Shown here: positions 18,918 through 29,040 of the stretch, one piece after another
How the letters are laid out: every line of letters starts with the position of its first letter
Numbering within the stretch: the stretch's first letter is position 1
NCBI GenBank assembly: GCA_003963235.1
Contig: RXKF01000009.1
Span: 1-62,691, forward strand
From: Rickettsiales bacterium
GTDB lineage: Bacteria > Pseudomonadota > Alphaproteobacteria > Rickettsiales > Rickettsiaceae
Direction of reading: 5' to 3'
DNA: 62,691 bases
The notes under the pieces: model-generated
The model's input: only the letters and a program-made list of their open reading frames with translations
What the model was told of the DNA's origin: nothing
Databases searched by the model: none
Translations under genes and position numbers: made by a program

Positions 18918-20246
18918 TTACTCCTCCCTAAATTTTGTTATATTTCCCTGATATTTTAAAATAAATGATCCACAGCGGCCGTCTCTGTTTTTTGCTACTA
19001 TGACCGTAATTATTTTCTCATAATCTTTTAGCATCAGCGGGTAATCATCCTGCCTGTGCAGGAATATTACTAGGTTTGAATCCTGCTCTATTGAACCTGA
19101 ATCCCTTAAGTCAGAAAGAATTGGTTGTTTGTTTTCTCTCTTTTGATATTCTCTTGATAACTGGGAAAGTATGATTACCGTAATACCAAGCTCACTAGCC
19201 ATATTCTTTAGTGTTTTTGTAATGAGTTCTATTTCAGAAACTCTGTTTAAACCCGTAAAACCTGATAAATGTATTAATTGAACATAATCAATAATTATAA
19301 CCTTCATGTTTTCCTTGATACTTTCCTTACGGCAGTGAAGATAGAAACTCCCTAAATCCTTAATCCGATCAGTAAAAATCTGAATATTATCTTTAGCTTC
19401 TTTAAAATATTTCTTAACTGCATTGTAACGTTCTTCTGCATGCAACCTATCTTTCCTGCTAATTTCAGTAATATTTGAAATTATTCTTTGATAAACTTCC
19501 TCCTTATCCATCTCAAAAGACCAGAGACCAACTTTATAACCTTGGTTAGTAATATTTAAAGCAAGGTTAACCGCAAAAGCACTTTTACCTACTCCGGTAC
19601 CTGCTCCGACAGTAATTAATTGACCTGGTCTAAATCCCTCTATAATCTGATCAAGGTCTTTAAAACCGCTACTGATTACAGCTTGTTCTGTGGTATTTAA
19701 AACCTCCATTACTTCTGTTTCGTAATCATATTCGTTGCTTGGTGTCATTCCATCAAGAAGAGCATTACACTTGTTACCGATATCAGTTACTATTTCCGTT
19801 AAATCCTTACTATCTGCCGTATTAAGAATTTTTGGTTTGGCATTTTCATAAAGAAAAAATGCCTCTCTTCTAAAATACTGTTTCTGTATCTGGCCAAAAA
19901 CACCCTCAGCGTAAACATCTGTACCAAGGAATGGGACGCTAAGTACCATACATTGCCTTAAGTATTCCTCTCTTGCTACACCTTGCGAAAAAAACTGCCA
20001 ATCCTCTTCTGCTATTGAGTGAATGTGGAAGTATATATCGCTAACTGATTTCCCCTCTTCTACATACGACTTAACAATCTTAAACACATGGGCAGCATGA
20101 GGAGTGATGAAGTATTTTGCTATTAACATTCTAGTTCCGGTAATAGCTGCTACCTCATCTTGGAGCATATGACCGATAGCTATTTTCTCGTTGCGAGCAT
20201 CAAGTTGCTTTATTTCTTCTAGTTTAGTTAAAATGTCCTGATCCAT
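18918..20246 (-). CDS. dnaB: DnaB-like replicative helicase
   Basis: GTGVGKS, SFEM, IIDYVQL, LSQLSR, SDLRDSGSIEQD, KNRDG. Confidence 0.93.
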   Translation of the reverse strand: MDQDILTKLEEIKQLDARNEKIAIGHMLQDEVAAITGTRMLIAKYFITPHAAHVFKIVKSYVEEGKSVSDIYFHIHSIAEEDWQFFSQGVAREEYLRQCMVLSVPFLGTDVYAEGVFGQIQKQYFRREAFFLYENAKPKILNTADSKDLTEIVTDIGNKCNALLDGMTPSNEYDYETEVMEVLNTTEQAVISSGFKDLDQIIEGFRPGQLITVGAGTGVGKSAFAVNLALNITNQGYKVGLWSFEMDKEEVYQRIISNITEISRKDRLHAEERYNAVKKYFKEAKDNIQIFTDRIKDLGSFYLHCRKESIKENMKVIIIDYVQLIHLSGFTGLNRVSEIELITKTLKNMASELGITVIILSQLSREYQKRENKQPILSDLRDSGSIEQDSNLVIFLHRQDDYPLMLKDYEKIITVIVAKNRDGRCGSFILKYQGNITKFREE

Positions 20247-20257
20247 TATTTTATTCC

Positions 20258-21529
20258 TTAAAAATATCTGATTACTCGGTGTTCAAAGTCATAGAGTAGC
20301 TGTTCTGCTTCTTTTTTCTTTATTTCGGCAAGTGATTGCGCTTTCTCCTCCTTAGTGAATTCCTTCTCGTTATTTACCGCTTTGACCATGTAGTTAATAA
20401 AAGCCTGTCGTCCTCCCCAAATTCTGATCTTAGGGTTGCTAGCGACAATATTCCTCATAATCGCAATTATTCGGCTATTGGAAAAATGCGGTTTATCGCT
20501 CTTCTCTCGTACGGCATCAATTAACTCGTCCGTAAAATCAAACTCGTTAAGCAGTCTGTTGCCATGGTAGACATTGCCGTTCTTGGTATGGATATCGTTT
20601 TGTTGTTCCTTATCATGCAGTATTTCTTGCTTTGCAACCTCTAACAATTCGCAATTAGGGTCAGGTTCAATTTGTTTTATTTCCGTTGGCTTTCGCTGTT
20701 TTGCTAAGGTTAACTGCTCCCTATCCCGATCAGCTTTAGCTCTTGCAAGCCGTTCTTCGAATGAGTCTCCTGCTAATTCCTCCCGTTCCCTTCTAGCCTG
20801 CTCCTTTGCTATCATTCTGTCTACACGGCTCATGTTATGGAACTCCGTATTAGCCCCTAACTCCTTCTGATTAGAAAAAATAAAATTAGTGTCCTGATTT
20901 TTTAGATTTTTGCTCTCTGTACACAAACTACTATCTTTACTGGAACAAAGATCTAAAAGATCTGTTTCTATATTTGTTTCTATTATGTTTCTATGTTCTG
21001 GCAATCCTTGAGAAGAACTAGGGTTGGCAGTATAGGGGCTAGTCAAATTTGACTTGGATACCAGACATTTCTGACTTGTATACAAGTCACTTTTGGCTTC
21101 TATGCAAGTCATTTTTGACTGCCGGTTTTTATAAAATTCTTGTGGATTTTTTAAAATTGCCAATGAATTTTCTGTGCGCTTTGCAGAATATATAAAATGA
21201 TATTTTTTTCCCTTATAGTTGTATGATGTATGAGGGGTAATTTTGTATATATCGGCTAATTGTGCTAAAAACCTGCTACGCTGTCTTGGACCCTGCTTAC
21301 ATTTCTTTGTTAGTAATTCTTTATTAAAAATAATTTCATCAGGATTTTTAGTAAAAAGAAATTCTAAAGTCGCTATAAACGTAATAGCTTCATGCGCTAT
21401 TGTTTTAGAGGGATCACATGCTCTTTTTATATCAAGCCATTTGTCGTACCAACTGTTGTATATATCCTGCTCTGTAACATTTTTCTTCTTTTGGAAATCT
21501 ACATAGGATACGTTAGCTGCTTTACTCAC
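20258..21529 (-). CDS. replication initiator with internal iterons
   Basis: directly upstream of dnaB; carries four 22-bp repeats; N-terminus resembles 25124-26173 (WLDIKRA vs WDKIKRA). Confidence 0.7.
   Translation of the reverse strand: MSKAANVSYVDFQKKKNVTEQDIYNSWYDKWLDIKRACDPSKTIAHEAITFIATLEFLFTKNPDEIIFNKELLTKKCKQGPRQRSRFLAQLADIYKITPHTSYNYKGKKYHFIYSAKRTENSLAILKNPQEFYKNRQSKMTCIEAKSDLYTSQKCLVSKSNLTSPYTANPSSSQGLPEHRNIIETNIETDLLDLCSSKDSSLCTESKNLKNQDTNFIFSNQKELGANTEFHNMSRVDRMIAKEQARREREELAGDSFEERLARAKADRDREQLTLAKQRKPTEIKQIEPDPNCELLEVAKQEILHDKEQQNDIHTKNGNVYHGNRLLNEFDFTDELIDAVREKSDKPHFSNSRIIAIMRNIVASNPKIRIWGGRQAFINYMVKAVNNEKEFTKEEKAQSLAEIKKKEAEQLLYDFEHRVIRYF
21041..21120. repeat. four palindromic iterons, 22-bp period (putative origin)
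   Basis: AGTCAaattTGACT 21041, AGACAtttcTGACT 21063, AGTCActttTGGCT 21085, AGTCAttttTGACT 21107. Confidence 0.85.
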
Positions 21530-21659
21530 TTTCTTCCTCCTTCAAAATTAAATTTATGAGCGTGTCTAAATCATCCCAGAAAATGCCGTGAAGTAATGCC
21601 TGATCTCCTACTTTAAGCATTCTCTTTAGTCTTTTAGCTACTATTCTTATATCTTCCAT
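21522..21659 (-). CDS. 45-aa hypothetical protein, not in ORF track
   Basis: MEDIRIVAKRLKRMLKVGDQALLHGIFWDDLDTLINLILKEEESE; AAGGA RBS; overlaps the rep start. Confidence 0.5.
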   Translation of the reverse strand: MEDIRIVAKRLKRMLKVGDQALLHGIFWDDLDTLINLILKEEESE

Positions 21660-21811
21660 AAATTATTCCTTTCGTTGTTATTCTGGTTAATTCCCCGCCT
21701 TATCGCATAACTTTGTAAAGATTCCTTTATTTCTTGGATACGTTTATGTTCTTTTCTCAAGGCTAGCTGGTTTCGTATTTTTTGGAGGAGGAAAAAAAAG
21801 AGGTGGGACAT
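21647..21811 (-). CDS. 54-aa hypothetical protein, not in ORF track
   Basis: MSHLFFFLLQKIRNQLALRKEHKRIQEIK...; TGATG overlap with the upstream ORF. Confidence 0.4.
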   Translation of the reverse strand: MSHLFFFLLQKIRNQLALRKEHKRIQEIKESLQSYAIRRGINQNNNERNNLWKI

Positions 21812-22155
21812 CAACTTAACCCCACTGAAAAAAATCCAAAATATTCGGGATCAATTATTATGGTGTATTTTTGTTTGTGATACTTGCCAACTTTTGCAAA
21901 TGATAAAGCACCTACATTACTTAAACGTATAAAAATACCTTTTATACCTTCTGTGGTATCTACTTCTAAAACAACTTTTAAATCTTTTAACTCCACCACT
22001 ATTTTACTTGAAATAATATTTTGACCTTTAAAAAAATAACTAATTAACCTTTCTAAATAAGTACCATCCAATAGCGATAATCCGTTAATTTTTGAGAAAT
22101 AACGGAATTGATCAATTTTACATGAAACATTTAAATCAAGGTTTTCAACCAACAT
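21811..22155 (-). CDS. hypothetical protein heading the replication operon
   Basis: 114-aa ORF. Confidence 0.5.
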   Translation of the reverse strand: MLVENLDLNVSCKIDQFRYFSKINGLSLLDGTYLERLISYFFKGQNIISSKIVVELKDLKVVLEVDTTEGIKGIFIRLSNVGALSFAKVGKYHKQKYTIIIDPEYFGFFSVGLS

Positions 22156-22516
22156 AAAACTTAATGCTATGATTCATTTTAAGAATTTTAATCGATTGTT
22201 CAGTATATGAAAAATAGAACGTAAATTGTTTTGTTAACCAATTTTTAATAATTATATTTAGCTTTTAAAATAGATTATGACTACTAACCTTCTATTATTT
22301 AAAAATTGATAGTATCAGATATTTTTTGAAAAATGCTCTCGCCAAAATCGTATATACCACTGTATATATACATAACAGGGGTATTACCTAATTTTAGGAG
22401 AGATAATATTTTGTTGATTATTTGTTACCAAGACAGAAAATAGGCAAAATTTTTAAACATACCTGTTGTAATATCTCTGCTGATAATGCTTAAATCAAAA
22501 TTACTAATTAGTATTA

Positions 22517-23851
22517 TTGTATATGGAAGTAGTAGAGCAAAAAAGACTTACCAGAGAACAAAAAGAAGTTGTTGGTTTATTGTCAATAGGCACGTTCCTT
22601 GAATATTTTGATTTAATGCTTTATGTTCATATGGCAGTACTTCTTAATGAGTTATTTTTCCCTAAAACAGACCCTTTTACAGCTTCCCTACTTTCAGCAT
22701 TTGCTTTTTGTTCAACATACATTTTAAGACCTTTTGGAGCTTTATTATTAGGATATATAGGTGATAACATAGGAAGAAAAGCTACTATTATTATTTCAAC
22801 AGGTATTATGGCACTATCCTGTATAATAATGGCAAATGTTCCAACCTATGCTCAAATAGGTATAGCAGCATCTTGGGTAGTAACAGTGTGTAGAATACTA
22901 CAGGGTTTATCTTCTTTAAGCGAAATTATAGGAGCAGAAATTTACTTACTTGAAAGTTTTAAACCACCTGTTGTATATCCAATGGTTTGTATCATAATAG
23001 TTTTTAGTGCTTTAGGTGGTTTTGCGGCTCTTGGAATTGCAACATTATCTACTTCATTAAATTTTAATTGGCGTATGGCTTTTTGGTTTGGAACAGGAAT
23101 TGCCTTAATTGGAGTAGTAGCAAGAACCACACTTAGGGAATCTAGAGATTTTGTTGATGCTCAAAATAAGTTAAAAAATGCATTTAATAAAATTAACTTA
23201 GATAAAGGAAATATAAGTAAAAATTTAATTTGGCTTCACAAAACTGATAAGCGTGTTATTTTATCCTACTTTATTATGGAGTGTACTTCGCCAATTTATT
23301 TTTATATCAATTATATTTATTGTTCAGATATTTTAAAATCATTTGGTTTAACTTCGGTTGATATTATTGAACACAACTTTATTTTATCAGGAATTAATCT
23401 ATTAAATTCAATATTATTAACCATATTAGTATTTAAATTTCATCCTATAAAAATTCTAAAATTTAAATTTATATTGTTTGTACCGCTTATGGTATCTTTC
23501 CCATTTTTATTAAACGTAGTTAATTCCGAGTTAGAATTATTTATTATACAAACTTTAAGTCTTTTATTGGGATGTACAGCTTTTCCAGCAAATCCTGTTA
23601 TTTTTAAGTATTTTCCAATTTTACGAAGATTTACTCATTCTACTTTCACGTTTGCTATAGCAAAGGCTGTGACATACTGTATTACTGCTTTTGGAACTAT
23701 TTATCTTTTTAAATTTTTTAGTCACACAGGCCTTTTAATTTTATTAATTCCAGTTAATATAGGTTATTTCTTTGCCTTAAACTTTTTTAGGCGACTAGAA
23801 ATTGAGGATAAGTGTTATTATTCTTCAGATATGAAAATTCCTGTTGTGTAA
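22517..23851 (+). CDS. MFS transporter, ProP-like (rickettsial family)
   Basis: GTFLEYFDL, RPFGA..GYIGDNIGRK, RILQG, WRMAF, LRES. Confidence 0.88.
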   Translation: MYMEVVEQKRLTREQKEVVGLLSIGTFLEYFDLMLYVHMAVLLNELFFPKTDPFTASLLSAFAFCSTYILRPFGALLLGYIGDNIGRKATIIISTGIMALSCIIMANVPTYAQIGIAASWVVTVCRILQGLSSLSEIIGAEIYLLESFKPPVVYPMVCIIIVFSALGGFAALGIATLSTSLNFNWRMAFWFGTGIALIGVVARTTLRESRDFVDAQNKLKNAFNKINLDKGNISKNLIWLHKTDKRVILSYFIMECTSPIYFYINYIYCSDILKSFGLTSVDIIEHNFILSGINLLNSILLTILVFKFHPIKILKFKFILFVPLMVSFPFLLNVVNSELELFIIQTLSLLLGCTAFPANPVIFKYFPILRRFTHSTFTFAIAKAVTYCITAFGTIYLFKFFSHTGLLILLIPVNIGYFFALNFFRRLEIEDKCYYSSDMKIPVV

Positions 23852-24437
23852 ATTGATTAAGTAATGTTAATCCGAGATCATGTAATTTGTCTGCAAGATA
23901 TTTGTTGTTGAGGTAAAAACAGACAACCAACATTTCATTTATGGTTTCTTTACAAATTTTTTCTTTCTTTTCTGGAGTCTTTACTCCAATAGTCTGCATA
24001 TTATGCAATCTATCAATTAACTTAATTAATAATACTTCTTTATCTTGTTTTTGATAAGCATTGGTGATTATTTCTGATACACTTAACTTCGTTCCATCAG
24101 GCCTATCACGAGTAAGCCTATCAACCATTTCAGCTATTCGCCAGCTAAAATTATCAATAATCATTCCTACAGTAACTTCGGTATCCTCTACTATATCGTG
24201 TAATATACTAGCTACTATTACATCAGTTTTTAGGTTATGCTCAGATATCATATAAGCAACTTCTAGCGGATGGGTGTAATAAGCCTCACCACTCTTTCGT
24301 TTTTGGTCACCGTGATACTTCTTAGCCCAATAAATAGCCTTATTGATCAAATCAAAATCCAGTACGTTTTTATTATCTAATAACTTTAACTTCTCTAATA
24401 ATCTGGTGGAATATTGGCAAGGTTCTAAATAATCCAT
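23787..24437 (-). CDS. (p)ppGpp hydrolase HD-domain protein (SpoT-like small alarmone hydrolase)
   Basis: HGDQKRKSGEAYYTHPLEVA, LHDIVEDT, IKLIDRLHNM. Confidence 0.9.
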   Translation of the reverse strand: MDYLEPCQYSTRLLEKLKLLDNKNVLDFDLINKAIYWAKKYHGDQKRKSGEAYYTHPLEVAYMISEHNLKTDVIVASILHDIVEDTEVTVGMIIDNFSWRIAEMVDRLTRDRPDGTKLSVSEIITNAYQKQDKEVLLIKLIDRLHNMQTIGVKTPEKKEKICKETINEMLVVCFYLNNKYLADKLHDLGLTLLNQFTQQEFSYLKNNNTYPQFLVA

Positions 24438-24660
24438 AATTAAAAACTAATTAATGATAATCTACTATTATTATAAATAATTTATTGATCTTTATTAAAG
24501 ATGCTTTTTAATTTATTATGTACAATATACTTTACATCATCTTTGATTTTTTTGTCTTTCTGATGTATATTTGCCTCGCTTCTTTAAATTAATAATTTAA
24601 AGGAAACTCATAATAAAATTTTTGGTTTCTAGTTCTAAGATAAATTAAAAGATAAATAAT

Positions 24661-24909
24661 ATGGCACTTATTAATACACATGCTACAGTAAAAAAGTTTA
24701 TACAACATGGCTTTACCGAAGAACAAGCCGAGGTTATAGTAGAAACAATTAATAACCAAAATAATGAACTAGTGACTAAGCAAGACTTAGATATTGCTAT
24801 TACAAAACTCGATTCAAAAATAGAATCAGTTAATACCAATATAAAATGGATCATGGCTATTGGTTTGTTGATTGTAGGTATTTTGTTAAAAAATACATTT
24901 ATACATTAA
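24661..24909 (+). CDS. DUF1640/CCDC90-like coiled-coil membrane protein
   Basis: GFTEEQAE..LVTKQDL..IKW plus C-terminal TM segment. Confidence 0.75.
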   Translation: MALINTHATVKKFIQHGFTEEQAEVIVETINNQNNELVTKQDLDIAITKLDSKIESVNTNIKWIMAIGLLIVGILLKNTFIH

Positions 24910-25014
24910 TCACTTGCCTTTTAACCCTCAATTAGTATTATGACACTTGATCAAATTTATTTATTGATCACACGTTGGTGTACTCTTCTTCTCTAAATAA
25001 GTCTAAAGTCAGTT

Positions 25015-25043
25015 AAAGTGATCGTAGTTTTGCGATCACTTTT
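25015..25043. terminator. intrinsic terminator, possibly bidirectional
   Basis: AAAGTGATCG-N8-CGATCACTTTT between convergent genes. Confidence 0.7.
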
Positions 25044-25123
25044 CTATTGGGAAAATTTTAAAATCATGTTACAGTATAAATTCCCATGATTTAGTGTAGG
25101 CAACTTTCAGGTAGGTAAGGCAG

Positions 25124-26173
25124 TTATTCCATGATTGCCTTACCTTTGACTAACAAATTCTCAACAGCAACTGATAATAGCTGAAAACCGTCAGTGGTTC
25201 TGTTTTTTAAATCATATGCCACTTCCTCAATTCCGCTGATTATCTTGGGTTCTGCTATTTTTTCCTTGGAAATATTAGCTTTTATGCGGAAATTATCATT
25301 GCTAGTTTTGACAGCATCCCGCATCTCAAACATCAGACACTTGCCGAAATATGCCATAAACTGGGATTTCGAGCAAAACCTGTTATCTTTCCGTTTTGAC
25401 ATATCAAGGAGTATTTCATTCATGGCATTTAGGCTAAAATCTCGCCCTGACAGGCTTTGTAATTTAGTGCAGTCCTCTTTTATCAATGGGTAGTGATGGC
25501 TTAATAATTGCGGCTCTTTGTACTGGTTAAAACGATAAATTCTTGCTTTACGCTCGGCATTAGTCGATTTTTTCCGCTTATTAGAAAATCGTTTTTTAAA
25601 TTTAACACTTTTTTTAAGGCAAATAAAACTTTTAGAATTTTGTGAAAAATTAGATTCTAGATCTATATCTTCAATATCTTTATTTTCTTTATATATATAG
25701 AGAGAAGCGTTTTGTTGGGGCTTAGATGTCCCGACAGAATGTTTAATGAATGCACTATTTAGCTGTTTTTCGGTCTCTTGAATTGTATGGTGTTTAAAAT
25801 TAAATTCATAACTGTAACGATAGTTTTTGCCATCAACAGTAATAGAATTATGATAAGTAATATTTAAGACGGATTCTAACTGTTTTATAATCCTTGTATT
25901 TTGTTTTCTTCCGCATAAGGTGATGGTAGAAATATACTTGTGATTAAGAAATACACACTCGCCTTTTTTTAATCTTTGTATAACTGGAGCAAGAATAGCT
26001 TGAGCATCTTTGCTTAAATATTTTGCTTTTTTACGAATAGCATTACTATTAGCTCTTTTTATTTTATCCCAATTCATATACGTTTTTCTATAACGTGCTT
26101 TTTCTTCCTTGAAAGAATAGAGTTTACACAGTTGATCTGGGTATGATTCCGTTTCTATTTGTAATTTTGTCAT
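25124..26173 (-). CDS. second replication-initiator-like protein (rickettsial plasmid DnaA-like Rep type)
   Basis: LNHKYISTIT.C...QN.RII.QL, LQSLSGRDFSLNAMNEILL, FMAYFGK.L..EMRDA resemble rickettsial plasmid initiators as recalled. Confidence 0.6.
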   Translation of the reverse strand: MTKLQIETESYPDQLCKLYSFKEEKARYRKTYMNWDKIKRANSNAIRKKAKYLSKDAQAILAPVIQRLKKGECVFLNHKYISTITLCGRKQNTRIIKQLESVLNITYHNSITVDGKNYRYSYEFNFKHHTIQETEKQLNSAFIKHSVGTSKPQQNASLYIYKENKDIEDIDLESNFSQNSKSFICLKKSVKFKKRFSNKRKKSTNAERKARIYRFNQYKEPQLLSHHYPLIKEDCTKLQSLSGRDFSLNAMNEILLDMSKRKDNRFCSKSQFMAYFGKCLMFEMRDAVKTSNDNFRIKANISKEKIAEPKIISGIEEVAYDLKNRTTDGFQLLSVAVENLLVKGKAIME

Positions 26174-26358
26174 AATTCTTTAAAAATTGTTATTATTTGT
26201 AATTTTTAAAGAAAAAACTTGACTAATAAGTAATACTCTTATATTCTTCTAACTGGTAAAGGTTAGAAGTTTTTTGTGTGTTTTTCTTTAAAAATAAACG
26301 CTCTGTCCTATCTAAAATATTCTATTTCACAATTTTCCTCTATCTTTAAAATTAAAAC

Positions 26359-26736
26359 TTGTTACCCTATATACATAATTATATATACAAGAAAAAGTCA
26401 ACGCTTTTGTTTAATATGAGAAAAGAGTTTAATATTATGGATAATATAAATTTATGTAATCAGGCTATAGATTTCACAGGATTTTTATCTAAAGGGCAAA
26501 AAGAAATATTAAAGTATATATTAGTCTTTGATGACAAAGGCGGGGTTACAGCAGAAACAATAAAAAATTCTAGCAACATATCTCGGCAAGCAGCTAATAT
26601 TCATTTAAAACATTTAATGGATCGTGGTTTTGTTAATCGTGAAAAAAACAGAATTTATGTATATTATGCAAAGAAAAGAAAACTCCAAGAACTCATAGAA
26701 ACATATAAAACAAGCAAAAGTTTAACTAAAAAATAA
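26359..26736 (+). CDS. winged-HTH transcriptional regulator
   Basis: LSKGQKEIL ... ISRQAANIHLKHLMDRGFV. Confidence 0.75.
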   Translation: MLPYIHNYIYKKKSTLLFNMRKEFNIMDNINLCNQAIDFTGFLSKGQKEILKYILVFDDKGGVTAETIKNSSNISRQAANIHLKHLMDRGFVNREKNRIYVYYAKKRKLQELIETYKTSKSLTKK

Positions 26737-26760
26737 ATTGCAAAAATTAAAATTTTTTAG

Positions 26761-26789
26761 TTGACAATTTTATTTATTCTTTCTATATT
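26761..26789 (+). promoter_or_regulatory. sigma70 promoter of the recombination operon
   Basis: TTGACA-17-TATATT followed by a leader hairpin at about 26810-26840. Confidence 0.65.
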
Positions 26790-26928
26790 GATATCATAAG
26801 GCATAAAAAAAACGCCTTAAGCTGCAAACTTAAGACGTTTTAAGAACCTTATATGTCGTAAGAATCAAACGGTTTGATTGACTTAATAATTCTTACTTTT
26901 AATCACTTTATCCATCAATGGAGGATAT

Positions 26929-27588
26929 ATGCAAAATATCTTAACGCTACCATTATGTCAAGGTAGTTATTCAGAATCAAAAAATCACGAGAAAATCAAT
27001 AATTCGGTAAATCATGGTAGAATAGAATTAATAAGCCATGAATTATTGGATTCTACCATGACTAGTCTAGAAGAAATCAGCGTTGCTAAGGCAAAAGAAG
27101 CTTTAATAAAGAATTTACTTATGCCAAGGGAGGCAATGCAGGTATTTTCAAACCTTGAAGCGGCCAGAGAAGCTAACGAAATCTTCAAGCAACGGTCTGC
27201 CCAAGCATTACCTGCTAATATAGCAGAAACACCCAAATTTCATGAAGCTAAAACTGAAAGCTTAGAATTATCTGATTCTGCTAAAGAAACATTTGCCAGA
27301 ATTGGTATAAGGGTAAGAGAAGCATTTATAGAGGAGCAGATAGAGAGAGCAAGTCTCTATAACATCCCATATAAAATCTACGGCGATGACTATTATAGGT
27401 TAATGCTTGATATTGATAAATACGAGTATTTACTTGAGAAAGCAAACGATTACTGTGTTGACTGGGATACTAGCGAATACGACCCGGTAGCTCTAGAGCA
27501 GGCAATAGATGAGGCAGAGTATAATGCTTACACGGCTGATCAGGAATTACGCTCTTACTTTTCGCTAACTAGAGGAGTGGAGGTATAA
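26929..27588 (+). CDS. hypothetical protein
   Basis: GGAGGA RBS, 219 aa. Confidence 0.65.
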   Translation: MQNILTLPLCQGSYSESKNHEKINNSVNHGRIELISHELLDSTMTSLEEISVAKAKEALIKNLLMPREAMQVFSNLEAAREANEIFKQRSAQALPANIAETPKFHEAKTESLELSDSAKETFARIGIRVREAFIEEQIERASLYNIPYKIYGDDYYRLMLDIDKYEYLLEKANDYCVDWDTSEYDPVALEQAIDEAEYNAYTADQELRSYFSLTRGVEV

Positions 27589-27589
27589 A

Positions 27590-27847
27590 ATGCTTACTGT
27601 AAAAGATCGTTTTATTCCACGGGAGGAAATCTCTAATCTTCTCTGGGGCATGGTTGGTGATATTTCTACTCACAGTTTATCAATGTGGTTAAAATCAAAG
27701 ACTGACGATGAATTTGTGGTAGTACCGAGAGAATTTTGTATCTTGGTAGTTTCATTTTTGGAACGACAGGCAGTAGCAAAAGATCATTTACTGTTTGATC
27801 CACAGAAGGTACTAGGTCAGCTTGAAGAAATAAAGCGTTATTTATAA
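27590..27847 (+). CDS. hypothetical protein
   Basis: GGAGG RBS; operon position. Confidence 0.6.
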   Translation: MLTVKDRFIPREEISNLLWGMVGDISTHSLSMWLKSKTDDEFVVVPREFCILVVSFLERQAVAKDHLLFDPQKVLGQLEEIKRYL

Positions 27848-27871
27848 TAATAAAGAAATAAAGTTATTAAT

Positions 27872-28807
27872 ATGAAAAACAAGCAAGAATGGTTAAGAGA
27901 ACGTAAGAATTATTTGGGAGGAACTGATCTAGCTGCTATCTGTGGGTTAAGTCCATATAGAACAGCTCTTGATGTATATCTTGATAAAACCAGCGATAAT
28001 ATAAGCGAAGATACTAATGCTGCGATGCGTTGGGGTAATCTCTTGGAGGATGTTGTTGCTAAGGCTTACAGCGAAGATACTGGTCATTTTTTAAAAATAG
28101 CAGATGGTCCAATTTATCATTCCGAGTATAAGTTTTTAGGAGCTAATATTGATCGGTGGGCATATGATCTTCATCCTTTTAAAAGTGAAATGAATACGAA
28201 ACATATTTTAGAATGTAAGACAGCTGGTTTTACTAAGGGTAAGGAATGGGGAGACTCAGGCACTGACCAAATCCCTGAGCCATATCTGATACAAGTAGCT
28301 TACTATGCTGCTATCTGTGACGTTTCAAAAGTTGATATAGCAGTTTTAATCGGCGGTCAAGATTTTAGAATTTATACGTATGAAAGAAACAGAGAACTAG
28401 AAGATAAGCTAATTAAAATAGCCTGTAATTTCTGGTCCAACCATATAGAAAAAAGGATACCGCCTAAGTGTGTTAATACTAGGGATACATTTAACTTATT
28501 CCCGCAAAGTAATTATCAAGAGATTGTAGCAGAAAGTAACATCATGGAAAAACTGGAACAACTTAAAAGCTTAAAGAAGGAAGAAATACGGATAGCTGAT
28601 ACCATTGAGAAATTAAAAACCGAAATTCAAGAATTTATGCGGGATTACGATGTGCTAATTGATAATCAGGGGAACGTAATAGCTACATGGAAAAATACTA
28701 CTCCAAGGTCATTTTTTGACTTAAAAAGATTCAAAGATGAGGCAAAAGACCTGTATTTGAAGTATACTAGTCATGCTAAGCAATCAAGAATGTTTTTAAT
28801 TAAATGA
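27872..28807 (+). CDS. YqaJ-like (lambda-Exo family) exonuclease
   Basis: WLRERKNYLGGTD, WGNLLE, ANID, LECKT, YLIQV. Confidence 0.92.
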   Translation: MKNKQEWLRERKNYLGGTDLAAICGLSPYRTALDVYLDKTSDNISEDTNAAMRWGNLLEDVVAKAYSEDTGHFLKIADGPIYHSEYKFLGANIDRWAYDLHPFKSEMNTKHILECKTAGFTKGKEWGDSGTDQIPEPYLIQVAYYAAICDVSKVDIAVLIGGQDFRIYTYERNRELEDKLIKIACNFWSNHIEKRIPPKCVNTRDTFNLFPQSNYQEIVAESNIMEKLEQLKSLKKEEIRIADTIEKLKTEIQEFMRDYDVLIDNQGNVIATWKNTTPRSFFDLKRFKDEAKDLYLKYTSHAKQSRMFLIK

Positions 28808-29025
28808 TGACGAGAAAATATCCGGTACTGACAAAGGAAGAAAGAGAGGAACTAAAACAAATGCGTAAGGAAGCTGGTATAGCAATACCTAAAATAGCAG
28901 AATATATGCATACTTATCCATCAAGGATTAGTGATCTGGAAAGAGGAAATAAAGGAGCAGAACCTGATTTTCTAGAAAGGTTAAAGAAACGTTACCGGCT
29001 AATAATAAAATATAAAAACATTTAA
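28804..29025 (+). CDS. XRE-family HTH protein
   Basis: LKQMRKEAGI..IAE...ISDLERG. Confidence 0.8.
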   Translation: MMTRKYPVLTKEEREELKQMRKEAGIAIPKIAEYMHTYPSRISDLERGNKGAEPDFLERLKKRYRLIIKYKNI

Positions 29026-29040
29026 ACAAGAGGGGAAACC

